Shown: positions 1 to 13,458, counted from the first letter of the stretch. The stretch is DNA of 58,397 bases from Macrostomum lignano (GCA_002269645.1 NIVC01004141.1:1-58397), one strand, 5' to 3'. Notes: a model not told the origin generated them from the letters alone. Translations and numbers: made by a program.

Positions 1-130
1 TGCTCATCCCCGAAAGACTAGTAACCCTAGCTTTTCAGGGGGTTACTAAATGCTAATACTAATAATGCAAATCAGTAGGCCAGTTGCCATGGTAGCAGCT
101 CTGTTGAAGGCTTGCACTGAGGACTCGGGA

Positions 131-1128
131 TTAGCAATTATTGCTGTATCTTATCGCTGGCCCTGTCCCCCCCAACTGCAATTTCCCAGTTGCTCCACTT
201 GGCTTAGCATGCAGCTCAGTGTGGGATATTCTCCCCTCCTCAGTTTGGGTCATGGGATAAGATTGCGATTTGTGAGTCTTCTTAATGGCCTTGCTCTCTT
301 GAGCCACTATTGCTGTCCCACTAGCTGATGTGCCTCTCTCACTGTGCCGATGTGCCTCTCTCACTGTATCTGATGTGCCTCTCTCTGTATCTGATGTGTC
401 TGTCACTGTATCTGATGTGTCTGTCACTGTATCTGGTGTGTCTGTCTGTCACTGTCAAATGTGTCTGTCACTGTATCTGATGTGTCTGTCACTGTATCAA
501 ATGTGTCTGTCACTGTATCTGATGTGCCTCTCTGTCACTGAGTCTCTGTCTCTGTCTGAGTCTCTGTCTCTGTCTCCCTCTGTCACTTTATCTTATGTGC
601 CTCTGTCACTGTATCAAATGTGTCTGTCACTGTATCTGATGTGTCTGTCACTATAAAATGTGTCTGTCACTGTATCAAATGTGTCTGTCACTGTATCTGA
701 TGTGCCTGTCACTATCAAATGTGTCTGTCACTGTATCTGATGTGTCTGTCACTGTATCAAATGTGTCTGTCACTGTATCTGATGTGCCTCTCTGTCACTG
801 AGTCTCTGTCTCTGTCTCCCTCTGTCACTTTATCTTATGTGCCTCTGTCACTGTATCTGATGTGTCTGTCACTGTACCTGATGTGTCTGTCACTGTACCT
901 GTTTCTATATTGAATGGCAGATTCAAAGGTCAAATAGAAGTTACAAAGTTCTACACACACTTTTCACTCACCCAGCTGAGACCAGTTCGGGCCATAGACT
1001 ATTGCCCTGTACTGCTGAAGCCATTCTGAAACAGGCTGCGGAATCGCTGCTGCTGTGCTTGTTACTGTCACTATGGCAACTGGCCGAGTCGATCTGAATG
1101 CTCTCTGTCATAAGGCAAGCGCACTGAC
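131..1128 (-). CDS. Candidate last two exons (972-1128, 131-320) of an unidentified gene
   Basis: Exon 1128-972 has a pyrimidine tract plus CAG acceptor, one open frame and a GTGAGT donor (ends phase 2). A TAG acceptor at 321-324 gives an in-frame terminal exon to a stop at 131. No recognisable domain. Confidence 0.3.
330..900. repeat. 21-bp minisatellite (CTGTCACTGTATCTGATGTGT)
   Basis: Tandem units read directly; source of the ORFs at 330-913. Confidence 0.95.
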
Positions 1129-1499
1129 CTGCATGGTCAGATAAGTAGAGAGAAAACACATGCAGATTGGTGGGGCTCAGTGTCTATAGTAAATATATAC
1201 CATATAAAACTGTGTCTGTTTGCTGTTTTACGCTGTTCAAGAGTGCGTGTGGTCTTTGAGTTCAGTCTCTCCCTCCCCTCTCTCTACATGCATCGCTTTA
1301 AAGTAATTATATTACACAGGGCGGGTAGCTATAGGAGACAGAAAGGCATGGGTGTGGGGACAGCCAATCCCTGCTGAGTAATGTCAGACTAATATTCGCA
1401 TTTTTGAGTGGTAGGTTTTGCAATTATGCACAGTTCCAAGGTGGTTCTACTTAATCTTTTTAGTCTTTCTTAATATTTTGCATTTCCGCTCTATCATTT

Positions 1500-2200
1500 C
1501 TAGTTTCTGCTTTCTACCCCTCTCTCCTCTCCCTCTCCCTCTTTAATTCTCTCTCTCATTCTCCCTCCCTCTCTCTCGGTCGCCCGCTTAGACTCTCCCT
1601 CTCTCATTCTCCATCTCTTCCTCTCCATCTATTTCCCTCCTCTCCCTCTCCCTCTCTAACTCTCCCTCTCTCTCCCTCTCTCCCTCTCTCTCCCTCTCTC
1701 TCCCTCTCTCTCCCTCTCTCTCCCTCTCCCTCTCTAACTCTCCCTCTCTCTCCCTCTCTCCCTCTCTCTCCCTCTCTCTCCCTCTCTCTCCCTCTCTCTC
1801 CCTCTCTCTCCCTCTCTCTCCCTCTCTCTCCCTCTCTCCCTCTCTCTCCCTCTCTCTCCCTCTCTCTCCCTTCTCTCTCTCCCTCTCTCTACCTCTCTCT
1901 CCCTCTCTCTCCCTCTCTCTCCCTCTCTCTCCCTCTCTCTCCCTCTCTCTCCCTCTCTCTCCCTCTCTCTCCCTCTCTCTCCCTCTTTCTCCCTCTCTCT
2001 ACCTCTCTCTACCTCTCTCTCCCTCTCTCTCCCTCTCCCTCCTCTCTCTCCTCTCTCTCCCTCTCTCTCCCTCTCTCTCCCTCTCTCTCCCTCTCTCTCC
2101 CTCTCTCTCCCTCTCTCTCCCTCTTTCTCCCTCTCTCTACCTCTCTCTCCCCTCTCTCCCTCTCTCTCCCTCTCTCTCCCTCTCCCTCCCTCTTTCCCTC
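1500..2200. repeat. Polypyrimidine 10-bp repeat (CCCTCTCTCT)n
   Basis: Direct reading. Confidence 0.95.
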
Positions 2201-2737
2201 ACCCGTCTTACATGCAGTACCTATCAGTTCAACGTCGAAAATGACGTTTAGGATGACGTCATCTTACTGAACAAAGTCACTGCGGTCCAGAGAATCAGTA
2301 GAGAAAACATCGAAGGCATTTTAAAAGAATTCTACGCAGCAGTCAGATGAAATATTATAATATTGGGAGGCAGTAGAATTAAAGCAGAAAAAACCAAGTC
2401 GATCCAAATGCTCCTTACAAAGAACAAATGCAAGGCAAAGCCAAATAGGCTGAGTGGACCTACTCAAAATTCATTCCTAATCCCCTCTTTTATCCTGCCC
2501 CGTTGTCAAGAGGAGCAACCTGGTAAAAATGAACGCGTGCAGCGGTGAAGAACTCAGCCAAGACTCTTGACTGTTCAAGACGCACGGCTGACAGAAGAAT
2601 ATTTCTAGGAATCTCGAATGGGATTTCATTTTTTGCGCAGAGAGAGTCGGGAATAGGTCAATCGAGGTCAAATTTAGTACTGATAGAGCATGTTTTTAAT
2701 GCTGTGCAACTGGGAGAAGAGATAGTAAAACTGAGAG

Positions 2738-2808
2738 GGAGTGGGAGCGGGAGCGGGAGCGGGAGCGGGAGCGGGAGCGGGAGCGGGAGCGGGAGCGGGA
2801 GCGGGAGT
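2738..2808. repeat. (GGGAGC)n microsatellite
   Basis: Direct reading; gives the poly-SG stretch in ORF 2545-2898. Confidence 0.95.
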
Positions 2809-4128
2809 AGCAGATCAGTCAGAGAGAACAGACAAGGGGTAACCGAAGAGCAGCAGAGCAGAAGTGAACAAGAAGATACTAGAATTCTTCTCAGCTAAAA
2901 AGTGCCGTGATCGCTAACGAACTATCATGTGGCACACTGCGCACAGTAGAGGAAGTCATGACAGCTCCACTAGCTCGTATTCCACTTCGCTGTCTTGCTG
3001 TTTCCTTCGCCTCGGGAGGGGGGGGGTGGGCAGCCGACCCAGCAGTATGTCATCTAATTGGACTTGAATGCGACTTAATTGGGGTAGTTTCCAGCAGCTA
3101 AGGGCTTTCTTCTTCTTAAACTCTTCTTTTAGTTTTATTGGTTAAGCTGGGTCCGGCAAAAATCTTGGGTTTCTTTTGCTGATTCCAAGGCCTTGTCACA
3201 GACTATTTTTGCTGAGTAAAATCTAGGCTGACACAATTCAATTGAAGTACAGTTAAGCCTTCAAATAAATTTGTTCTTTGGTACCCTGTGTACATGTATT
3301 GATACAAATCTGTGCTGAGTCGTGCTCAGGGATCAGGAACTGTCTTCCTATAACTCTCTACCCGAGCTAGCAGAAAGAATTCCTCAGAAATAGATGCTTT
3401 TATTCTCAATACAGCTTGCTGGCAGGGAGGCTTAGAAACGGCTCAAGTAAGAAGCTGAGCAGCCGTGTGAGCCGGCATAATTCAGCTCTCAGATCATCCT
3501 GTCATGCTTTATTTAGAAGTTGCGGCATCATGATATTCGCATTCTGAAATGCCAAATAATACTGCAGCAGGGGCGCTCAGTGATTGCGTAATCATTGCTT
3601 CGCTCTGTGGGAAGCAAAAATGTCATGGATACGAGGAATAATGAGGATATTGAGTCCACTCTCTGAGTTCCACGGATTTATGAGCGATGCGGTGCTTCCG
3701 AAGCTCAAGCAGGTTTGATTAACAACTCAAATCGCTTGTTTGCCTGCCTGACTCTGGTAGCAGTTTTGAACACATGTTTCAGAACCTTTCTGAATCAACC
3801 TTATGTAAAACATCAACCTTCAGAAGAACCTTCATCAAAAGAAATACCTTCTTATCTCTGGGTCGGCTTTCGATAATCAAGCAGTTAAATCTTGTAAAAA
3901 ACTGAAAATACTACTTCAAATAGCTCGATGCGTTTGGTGCTGGTATAAAATATCGGGCAGGAAAATTCAGCCATAATTTACCATCTAATTCCATCGTTTC
4001 GTGAACTGATTCTGAATCAAATTAGATTGTGAGCCATTGGGCCGCTGGCAGCTTCTCGTTGTAACCGAGAGATCGGTGTCTGCACTGAAAACTGAAAGAT
4101 ACGAGTCGTAGCATTTGGTGAATGGGAA

Positions 4129-4500
<372 letters not shown>

Positions 4501-5662
4501 TAGATATATTTGAGTACCACTAAGACAGACGTTAGAGTGTGAAATGGCGGTGCAACCTACTCAGAATGAGTGGTGGCAGCTTCTGAGGTGTGCAGTGATG
4601 GCCCGAGATATTATATATATCTCTTTTTTAAGAAAATGGCATAAATCGTGTGTGGATGTAGCTGAATCCGATGGTACTGCTCAGAACGGAATTAATTGCT
4701 CGGTCGATGCTTTAAGCTGAATTTATTTCTGTCGCGACAAAAACTATTATATTGGGTGAAAAAATAATGGACTCTGTAGTACCACTACAGAGAAAAATAC
4801 TGGAGTCTGTTGTTGGACTATCTTATCTTAATGTTTTTTTGCGCTATATTTCTTTGCGATATAGCGCGGTGAGTCGCTATAGTACGTGTGTAGGCTCCTG
4901 TGTGGGCTTTATTTCAAATATCGCGAAGATATTTTAAGCATATGATTTTAAAAATCTTTTTATATAAGAAATAGCTAAATATTTTACATACATATAATAA
5001 ACTAATTTCACGTTCTGCTTTGATGTTGTACATTTTATTTGTTTTAGCTGCTGTGTATGGTAACTTCCATATAAATTGTTTTATTCTTAGAAGCAGCTCG
5101 GAGATTTAGTTTGGTAGCAGATGTGATTGACGTTGAGCACTTTGCAACTTTTAGGAGTTAGGAGTGAATTAGGCATTTTGTGTAGCCGGGTTTAGTTATG
5201 TTGATCTGATATGTATAATCATTAGTTTTTATGTTTGATTTTCTTTGTGATATGTATGTCATATATGTCAGACTATACTAGTGTAACTAGCCTATGACTA
5301 TGTTTGACTATGGGCATATTTCAATGATTGTGGATTTAAAATTCATGAAAACTGATTTTCGTGATTTTAAAATTGTAGTAGGAAGCATGTCCTTTAAAAT
5401 TAATTTGTATACAGAGAACATGCAACTTTCCAGTATACTTTTCAAATTTTTCTTTTGTGATATTGTGATTTTGTGATATTTATAGGCCTTAGCTCATTGA
5501 CATTGTCATCTATTTTTATATTGTAGGTCTATTGCCTAAGATGTAAGTCTTTATAAGGCATCAACAAATTAATATTTTAGGGTAGCCACTCTGAGTCTTT
5601 CTATTCAAAACTTATGGCTTTTTTATTTTTTTTATATACATATTTTTGTCAAAAATTCACTC

Positions 5663-6067
5663 AAGGGCCATTCCATATAATTATGGTCGTAACATGACAG
5701 ACTATTTTTACTTATAAAATGAAATCTAATAATAGAATATACTAAACCAATATTTTGATATCTGATGATGCAAGTACTATAATTTTATATATGGTTTGTT
5801 TTAACCTTCTAAAGCTTTCTATTTGTTTTTTAAAGGTACATAAACTCAAGGATGTCTTTTGCTTAGAAAATGTCCAATTTTTTTAAAAAAACTTTTTGCC
5901 AATTGATAACATACTAATCTAACATTTTATCATTTATTTATTCTTAGATTGTATACATTACATACAAAAAAGATTTTGTAAAAAAATGGCTGATAAGGCA
6001 ATGACAAGCAAAAATATTGACTTTTTTCTATTTTCCAAATGTGTCCATCTTATATGGAATTGGCCTT
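5663..6067. mobile_element. Putative MITE with 18-bp imperfect terminal inverted repeats
   Basis: Left AAGGGCCATTCCATATAA versus reverse complement of right AAGGCCAATTCCATATAA (16/18). TCAA/TTAA overlaps the ends. AT-rich non-coding interior. Confidence 0.45.
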
Positions 6068-7426
6068 AAATGACTTGCAGGAAATTAGATAAGTGTATGA
6101 GTATACACTCTGTGCCCTTAGGGTTAATCCTGGTGAGCTCTCTACTAATTCCTTTTAATCTAAACTTAGTTTGCAAGCATTTTTATCAGGGTTATTCAAA
6201 GAGTATTGGCAACAGGCTACTAAAATCTAGTACAAGCTCATTATTATAAAAGTAAAGGTTTATAGTCTTTCTATATAGTCTTCGCTATGCTCTATGCACT
6301 TTTGATGCCTCTATAACCACAAATCAAAGGCGCTGCAGTATTCCAATTCAGTGAATGTCTTCAACTCTGAATTGATAGCATGCGCCAGGTCTTGCAGCCT
6401 CTGAAATTGGCACCTAGCCAGCCTTTATTGATGGAGCTTAATCCCCTATCACCTATGCTAAGTCGGCATAGATTTTGGTGGCATTTTCTCCAAGTTAAGT
6501 GCGGATAAAGATGTAGAAATGCATGTTTTCTGAGCTGATATTTTCCATATTTTTTCAAAAGCTGAAACAGGTATGGTTAGGTGTGAATTATGCAATAATG
6601 GGTAAAGCTATTGAGCTGAAAATTTATATGGTGGTCTCAAGCATGTTATTAAAATATCCCTAAAATTTAGTGTGTTTTGCTTGAGCCAAAGTATATCTAC
6701 ATATGCAGTTTCCAAAACTTTTTGAATGCCCCTTGTAGCAGTTATATACTCATTCACTAAAAAATCCTTTTGACCCCATATTTTCAAGCAAATTTGGCAG
6801 AGTTTTTAAAATGTACAAAAATAAACAATTTTTGACAGTCTATATCTTTGTAATTGTATATAAGTACTAAATATGTAAACTATGTGTCATTTGAAATATC
6901 TATTTGTCTATTTTTCAATGAATATAAGAATATTACTATTTTTTAAATATTTAAAAATGTATAGCCATTCAAAGCAAAGACATTTTTTGACCTTTTTGTT
7001 CTTGCATATGCTAAAAATAGGCTTGCTAGACATTAAGGATGTCAATAATGTCCCCAATTAATAATGAATACACATAAAAAGATATATCAAAAGTTCTAAT
7101 CCAAACAAAAAAATTAGCATTTAGGAAAATAGTCTATCTACTTATTTGCCTACTTGCCTATCTTCTGTTTACCTATCTGCTTGCTTGTCTGCTGCCTGTC
7201 TCTATCTATCTATTTGTCTATTTGCTACCTGTCTGCTACACAAAATTTGTCAAACAAAATTTTTGCTTTTTGGATTACAATAAGATGCTACTATCAACAA
7301 TTGAATATCAATTGTTAGCAATTGAAATATGCCTATAGTATAGTCAGCTTGGACAAAGTACAATTAGGTCCACAAGAGGGTCCTATCATATTTTTAAACT
7401 TCAAGCACTTGTAACTTTTGAACTAA

Positions 7427-7688
7427 AATAGATAGAACAAAGCTGCAAAAATCTGTTTAACTTCTAGTTTTATCTTTTTCACATAGCTGCTTATGAATTG
7501 TAAAACAACTGAACACATAGTCAGAACATAAACTATGCTGATGGTCATTTTTTATCACCAAACAACTGTCAGTATAGTTTATGCTCTGCTATGTGTTCAG
7601 TTGTTTTACAATTCATAAGTAGCTATGTGAAAAAGATAGAACTAGAAGTTTGATATATATTTCTTTTTGCAACTTTGTTCTATCTATT
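7427..7688. repeat. Long inverted repeat, about 120-bp arms and about 19-nt loop
   Basis: 7427-7545 is the near reverse complement of 7565-7688, e.g. CTTTTTCACATAGCTGCTTATGAATTGTAAAACAACTGAACACATAG pairs with CTATGTGTTCAGTTGTTTTACAATTCATAAGTAGCTATGTGAAAAAG. Confidence 0.9.
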
Positions 7689-8427
7689 ATGGTATCCTAA
7701 ATATCCTTTTTTTATCCTAAATGCTAATCATTTAATTAAAACATTTTTGTCAGAGTTTATCAAAAAAATTTGAATGATCAAGTGTTCTTACTAGCTGATA
7801 TGTTTTGATAAAAATTAGTTTTGAAAAAACATTTAAAAATGAATAGCAAAGTATATCAAATTGGACTTCTTGAAGTTTAGGTAGATGAATCTCTTAGATA
7901 GACTATGTAAAACTCATATCTAAATATATCTAGCAGCAAATATTCAATTAGCCAAAAAATATTTCTTGGACCAAACCCCATTGCCTTAAATATGTTGTAC
8001 ATAAGTCTGTTAGGTAATTATCCCTAGCAGTTTAACAGTCTAGTAGTAATGCTAAGAGTAGATCTTTTAAAAGTATTCATAAGTATAGTTTTGGAGTTTT
8101 GGTTTTGGATAAGGGATTGCTATATGAACTCTTGGATTCAATGCCCTCACAAAGTACATATAGTTATGTGAATCAAATTTATTTTATCCAGACTATAGGG
8201 TCATGAAATAGCTTGTATCAAATAAAAGTAAAATTTTTGCAGAAAAGGCAAATAGATAGGAAAGAGCTAGATAGCCAAGCATGTGCACAAGGGGGCCTAT
8301 TTAAAAAAGTACCAAAAAAGATCAGTGAAAAAACATTGGTGTATTGCAAGTTTGAACCCTAAATTGCAAAATCTACTGTCAATATTTTAGACGAATTAAA
8401 CCAAGAATTAATTAATCATCAACAAAA

Positions 8428-11400
8428 ATGGTTTCATCTGCAAGCTGGCAGCAGTGTCAATCACTGTCAAAAATGTCAGTTCGCATTGTGGCACTGAGCT
8501 GCATTGCCAGTCTGCTGCTATCAGTATCGCCTGCAGTCAATGCACTGCACATCCGCGGTACATGGGACAGCAGTCGGTTCTACCTGTTCCTAGCCAAGTT
8601 CGGCGTACAGAAGACTGTATTGGAGAGCATGGCGGCCACTCGTGGCTATGTCTATGGCAATGTCACCCTGGCGGGCCAGCGGCAGGCCAGTTCTGGCCGT
8701 CAGAGAGCTCCCGTCACTCTTGTGGTGGTTGACAGCGAATACTTTCAAGTATGCTCTATAGACAGTTGCAGTTGATTTTGCATCATGCAGATACAGTTTA
8801 CAGATTACTCAATCAAATATTACAATTGTTAGAAGGCTTGAAACTCCAAGAATCTCAATAATTATGAAATCACATCTAACCCTGGCCTTGAGGATCGCTG
8901 AGACAATCACCTCTCTAACCCTTGAGAATCGCTGAGACAATCACCTCTCTAACCCTGGAGAATCGCTGAGACAATCACCTCTCTAACCCTTGAGAATCGC
9001 TGAGACAGTCACCTCCCTAACCCTGGAGAATCGCTGAGACAGTCACCTCCCTAACCCTTGAGAATCGCTGAGACAATCACCTCTCTAACCCTGGCCTGGA
9101 GAATCGCTGAGACAATCACCTCTCTAACTTTGAGAATCGCTGAGACAATCACCTCTCTAACCCTGGATAATCGCTGAGACAATCACCTCTCTAACCCTTG
9201 AGAATCTCTGAGACAATCACCTCTCTAACCCTTGAGAATCGCTGAGACAATCACCTCTCTAACCCTTGAGAATCGCTGAGACAATCACCTCTCTAACCCT
9301 GGCCTTGAGAATCGCTGAGACAATCACCTCTCTAACCCTGGAGAATCGCTGAGACAATCACCTCTCTAACCCTTGAGAATCGCTGAGACAATCACCTCTC
9401 TAACCCTTGAGAATCGCTGAGACAATCACCTCTCTAACCCTTGAGAATCGCTGAGACAATCACCTCTCTAACCCTTGAGAATCGCTGAGACAATCACCTC
9501 TCTAACCCTGGCCTTGAGAATCTCTGAGACAATCACCTCTCTAACCCTTGAGAATCGCTGAGACAATCACCTCTCTAACCCTTGAGAATCGCTGAGACAA
9601 TCACCTCTCTAACCCTGGCCTTGAGAATCGCTGAGACAATCACCTCTCTAACCCTGGCCTTGAGAATCGCTGAGACAATCACCTCTCTAACCCTTGAGAA
9701 TCGCTGAGACAATCACCTCTCTAACCCTTGAGAATCGCTGAGACAATCACCTCTCTAACCCTTGAGAATCGCTGAGACAATCACCTCTCTAACCCTTGAG
9801 AATCGCTGAGACAATCACCTCTCTAACCCTGGCCTTGAGAATCGCTGAGACAATCACCTCTCTAACCCTTGAGAATCGCTGAGACAATCACCTCTCTAAC
9901 CCTTGAGAATCGCTGAGACAATCACCTCTCTAACCCTGGCCTTGAGAATCGCGCCTGACAGCCGCACCAAACGCGCACTCCCCAGGACCTGTACACAAAC
10001 TCGTCGCGCCAGCCGCACAATGACGAGTCCTGCCGCAGGATGTTCAACAAGATCGACCGACTGGCCTGGCATCCGCAATGCAGGCAGCAGGGCAAGGAGG
10101 ACTTCTTGCGGTCCGTGCCCTGCCCGACTGGCCGCCTGTGTCCGGAGGAGGACGAGCCGTCCAGGGTGATCCCTGGCTGGCAGCTCACCTATGCCATACA
10201 GGACACGAAGCAGCCCAGATACTGGTATGATTGGGATGGCTTTGAGTGTTGAAATATCTCTGAAGCATCATTGTTAGTGTCAGGTGTAGCATTTTAATCC
10301 CAAAACATCTCATCGGATGTCAAGATGGGTGTTTTAATCCCAAAATATCCCATCGGATGTCAAGATGGGTGTTTTAATCCCAAAATATCCCGTCAGGTGT
10401 CAAGATAAGCATTTTAATCCCAAAATATCTCATCGGATGTCAAGATGGGTGTTTTAATCCCAAAATATCCCATCGGATGTCAAGATGGGTGTTTTAATCC
10501 CAAAATATCCCATAGGATGTCAAGATAAGCATTTTAATCCCAAAATATCCCATAGGATGTCAAGATAAGCATTTTAATCCCAAAATATCCCATAGGATGT
10601 CAAGGTAAGCATTTTAATCCCAAAATATCCCATCAGATGTCTGGAATAACATCGAAAATTCTGAACTATCCGTATGGGATAATTATTGATCTTCCCTATG
10701 GGATAACACCAGTGTGCTTCCATCCGCAGGTACCTCAGCCTGGTAGCCTGCAGTCTCAACCCGGACAATTGCCAATGGGAGGCCACCCACACCGGCTCGT
10801 CCTCCCTGACGCTCGCCTACGATCTCTGGCTGGTGAACGGCGCGCCAAGCCAGCGCCATGTGAACAAGCTGGAGCACCAGTTCTCCTTTGACGAGCACGA
10901 CATTCTGGAGATCTACGGCGTGTTTCTCATGCTGTACGCCGCCCTGGCCGGGGCCGTCCACGCTAAACTGCTGCGCCGGCAGGAGCCCTTCACCTGGGGT
11001 GTGGCGGCGCAGTGCTGGCTGGAGGTGAGCCAATCTAAGCATTTTTGATGAAATATTTCTGGTATAAACCTAGCAACTAAGTTTTGTTGCATTCTCAAAA
11101 TTTGAAACACTCGGAACTGCGAATCCCCATGGAGCTCTAAATAATCTGGAAAATCCCCGGGAATTCCCTATAAAAGTAGTTAATGCAATCTGGGAAATCC
11201 GAGGAATCCCAAAGAAAATTTTCTCGGTAATCCTAAAGGAACTTATCTCGGGAATCCGGGGAATCCCATAGAGTATTATCTGGGAAATCCCGGAAAACCC
11301 TAAGAATATTATCTGGGAAATCCCAAGAATCCCGAAGAATATTATCTGAGAACACCCGGGAATCCTAAAGAACTTTTCTAGGTAATTCCAAAGGAACTTT

Positions 11401-13458
11401 TATGGGGAATCACGAGAATCCCAAAGATGCTTCTCTTGGGAATCCTTTTAATCCCTAAAAAACTTATCCCAGGAATTCTCCCAACACTCGTGACTAATCC
11501 TTGAGAATCCCAAGTCGGCAGTTGGGCAATTTAACGAATCGAATTACATATCCCCACCATCCTATCAAAGGTGGCCGGCGCCTTTCTCTGCTGCGTTCAC
11601 CTGGCCAAATTTGCCGGCGACGGCGTCGGCGCCTCGGGCCTGTGGGCCGCCGGCGAGCTGCTCCGTCGATGGGCGGACGCCGTGTTTATCCTGCTGCTGA
11701 TCCTGGCCGCCAGGCTCGGTCTGCAGGGCCGGCCGGACCCGCTGGGCACGGGCATCCTGCTGGCCTCGTTCCTTACCGTTAGCGCCGGCTTCTACCTGTG
11801 GTCTCTGGCCGAGGTGAGTGGGCTGGACTTCTGAGAATTCATAAATTCTCGAAGCTTTTTATCTGTCTCAGGGTGAGATTCTCGTGTCTTTTATCCGTCT
11901 CAGGGTGAGATTCTCGTGTCTTTTCCGTCTCGGCTGAGATTCTCATGTCTTTTATCTGTCTCAGGGTGAGATTCTCGTGTCTTTTATCTGTCTCAGGGTG
12001 AGATTCTCATGTCTTTTATCCGTCTCAGGGTGAGATCCTCGTGGCTTTTATCCGTCTCAGGGTGAGATTCTCGTGTCTTTTCCGTCTCGTCTGAGATTCT
12101 CATGTCTTTTATTCGTCTCAGGGTGAGATTCTCGTGTGTTTTCTATCCGTCTCAGTGGAGATTCTTAGGGCTTCTCATCAGTCTCAGGGTGAGATTCTCG
12201 TGTCTTTCCGTCTTGTCTGAGATTCTCATGTCTTTTATTCGTCTCAGGGTGAGATTCTCATGTCTTTTATCCGTCTCAGGTGAGATTCTCGTGTTTTCTA
12301 TCCGTCTCAGGGGAGATTCTTAGGCCTTCTTATCAGTCTCAGGGTGAGATTCTCGTGTCTTTTATCCATCTCAGGATGAGATTCTCGAAGTTTTTTGTCT
12401 TAGGATGAGATTCTCGGGCTTTATATCCGTCTCAGGCTGAGATTCTCGTGTCTATTATCCGTCTCAATGTGAGTTTCTCGAAGTTTTTTTGTCTCAGGAT
12501 GAGATTCTCGTGTCTTCTATCCGTCTCAAGGGAAATTCTTGGGGCTTCTTATCAGTCTCAGGATGAGATTCTCGGACTTTATTATATCCGTCTCAGGCTG
12601 AGATTCTCGTGTCTTCTATCCGTCTCAAGGGAAATTCTTGGGGCTTCTTATCAGTCTCAGGGTGAGATTGTCGTGTCTTTTATCCATCTCAAGGTAAGAT
12701 TCTCGTGTCCTTTTTCTGTCTCAGGGTGAGATTCTCGGAGCTTTTTATTCGTCTCAGTTTGAGATTCTCATGATTTTGATCCACACTGCGGTGAGATTGT
12801 CATGTTTTTTCAATCGAAGAATGAGATTCTAATCATGTCTTTTTCCATCTCGGGTGAGTCTCATGCCTTTCATCCGGGTTCTCTTTAGCTGTTATTCTTG
12901 TGCCCAGTCCATGTCTCTAAGATTCTCATTACATCATCTATCACCCTGGGTGAGATTTTCATAATCCCTGCGCACCGCATCCCAGCGAGCCCCAAAATTC
13001 CCCTAACCCAGGTGAGCCAGGTAGAAGATGTTGGCGTATTCGACACGGTGCCCTCCTGTCTGCTGCTGGCCCTGCGGTTCCCCTTGGTCTGCTGGTTTCT
13101 GGCCGAGCTGCCCGGCCGGCCCGGCCGAGATTTCGGCCGAATCGATGTGCTGCAGTTCGCGGCCGGCTTCCTACTGTGGCTGGTGGCCCTGCCCATCCTG
13201 GTGCTGGTGTCGGAGACTCAGGTTTCGGCTCTGTGGCGTCAGAAATGCGTTCTCAGCGTCAGCTATGGCACTAACTTCGTGGCCGCTAGCGCCTTTATCT
13301 ACGCCCTGTTCACCAGCCAGCAGCACGATGGGGCTAAGTATGACTACCTCATGACTGCGGAGGAGTCCCCGGAACACCGGTCACGGCTGAGGGACGGCCC
13401 TGCCGCATCCGGCAATGGCAGCGCCGGCATAGCGGCAGAGGAGGATAAGCTGAACTAA
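8428..13458 (+). CDS. GPR180: GPR180/TMEM145-like (GOST family) multipass membrane protein, 514 aa
   Basis: join(8428..8748,9986..10224,10730..11024,11571..11813,13012..13458); all GT-AG, phases 0,2,0,0 consistent. Signal-peptide-like N-terminus; motifs FLAKFG, GYVYGNVT, EDFLRSVPCP..LCPEED, QPRYWYLSLVAC, YDLWLVNG, EHQFSFDEHDILEIY, FAGDGVG, VSALWRQK fit the family as recalled. GPR180 versus TMEM145 not resolved. Confidence 0.85.
8872..9950. repeat. 34/39-bp minisatellite (GAGAATCGCTGAGACAATCACCTCTCTAACCCTT) in GPR180 intron 1
   Basis: About 30 tandem units. Confidence 0.97.
10290..10637. repeat. 40-bp minisatellite in GPR180 intron 2
   Basis: TTTTAATCCCAAAATATCCCATCGGATGTCAAGATGGGTG, about 8 units. 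Confidence 0.95.
11110..11510. repeat. Degenerate GGGAATCCC-rich repeat in GPR180 intron 3
   Basis: Recurrent GGGAATCC/GGGAAATCC motifs at roughly 30-bp spacing. Confidence 0.7.
11860..12960. repeat. About 32-bp minisatellite (TCTCAGGGTGAGATTCTCGTGTCTTTTATCCG) in GPR180 intron 4
   Basis: Tandem units degrading toward the 3' end. Confidence 0.95.

Noticed and set aside
2280-4100. Degenerate coding-like stretch (e.g. ILKEFYAAVR, reminiscent of Crypton/KCTD-like proteins)
   Set aside because: Stops in all frames within short distances and the similarity is too short to support a call.
8297-8305. TATTTAAA as a TATA box for GPR180
   Set aside because: Region is very AT-rich and no transcription start is known.
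8872-9950. Telomeric TAACCC in the 34-bp unit and TTAGGGTTAG near 33310
   Set aside because: Single hexamers or two partial copies, not a telomeric tract.
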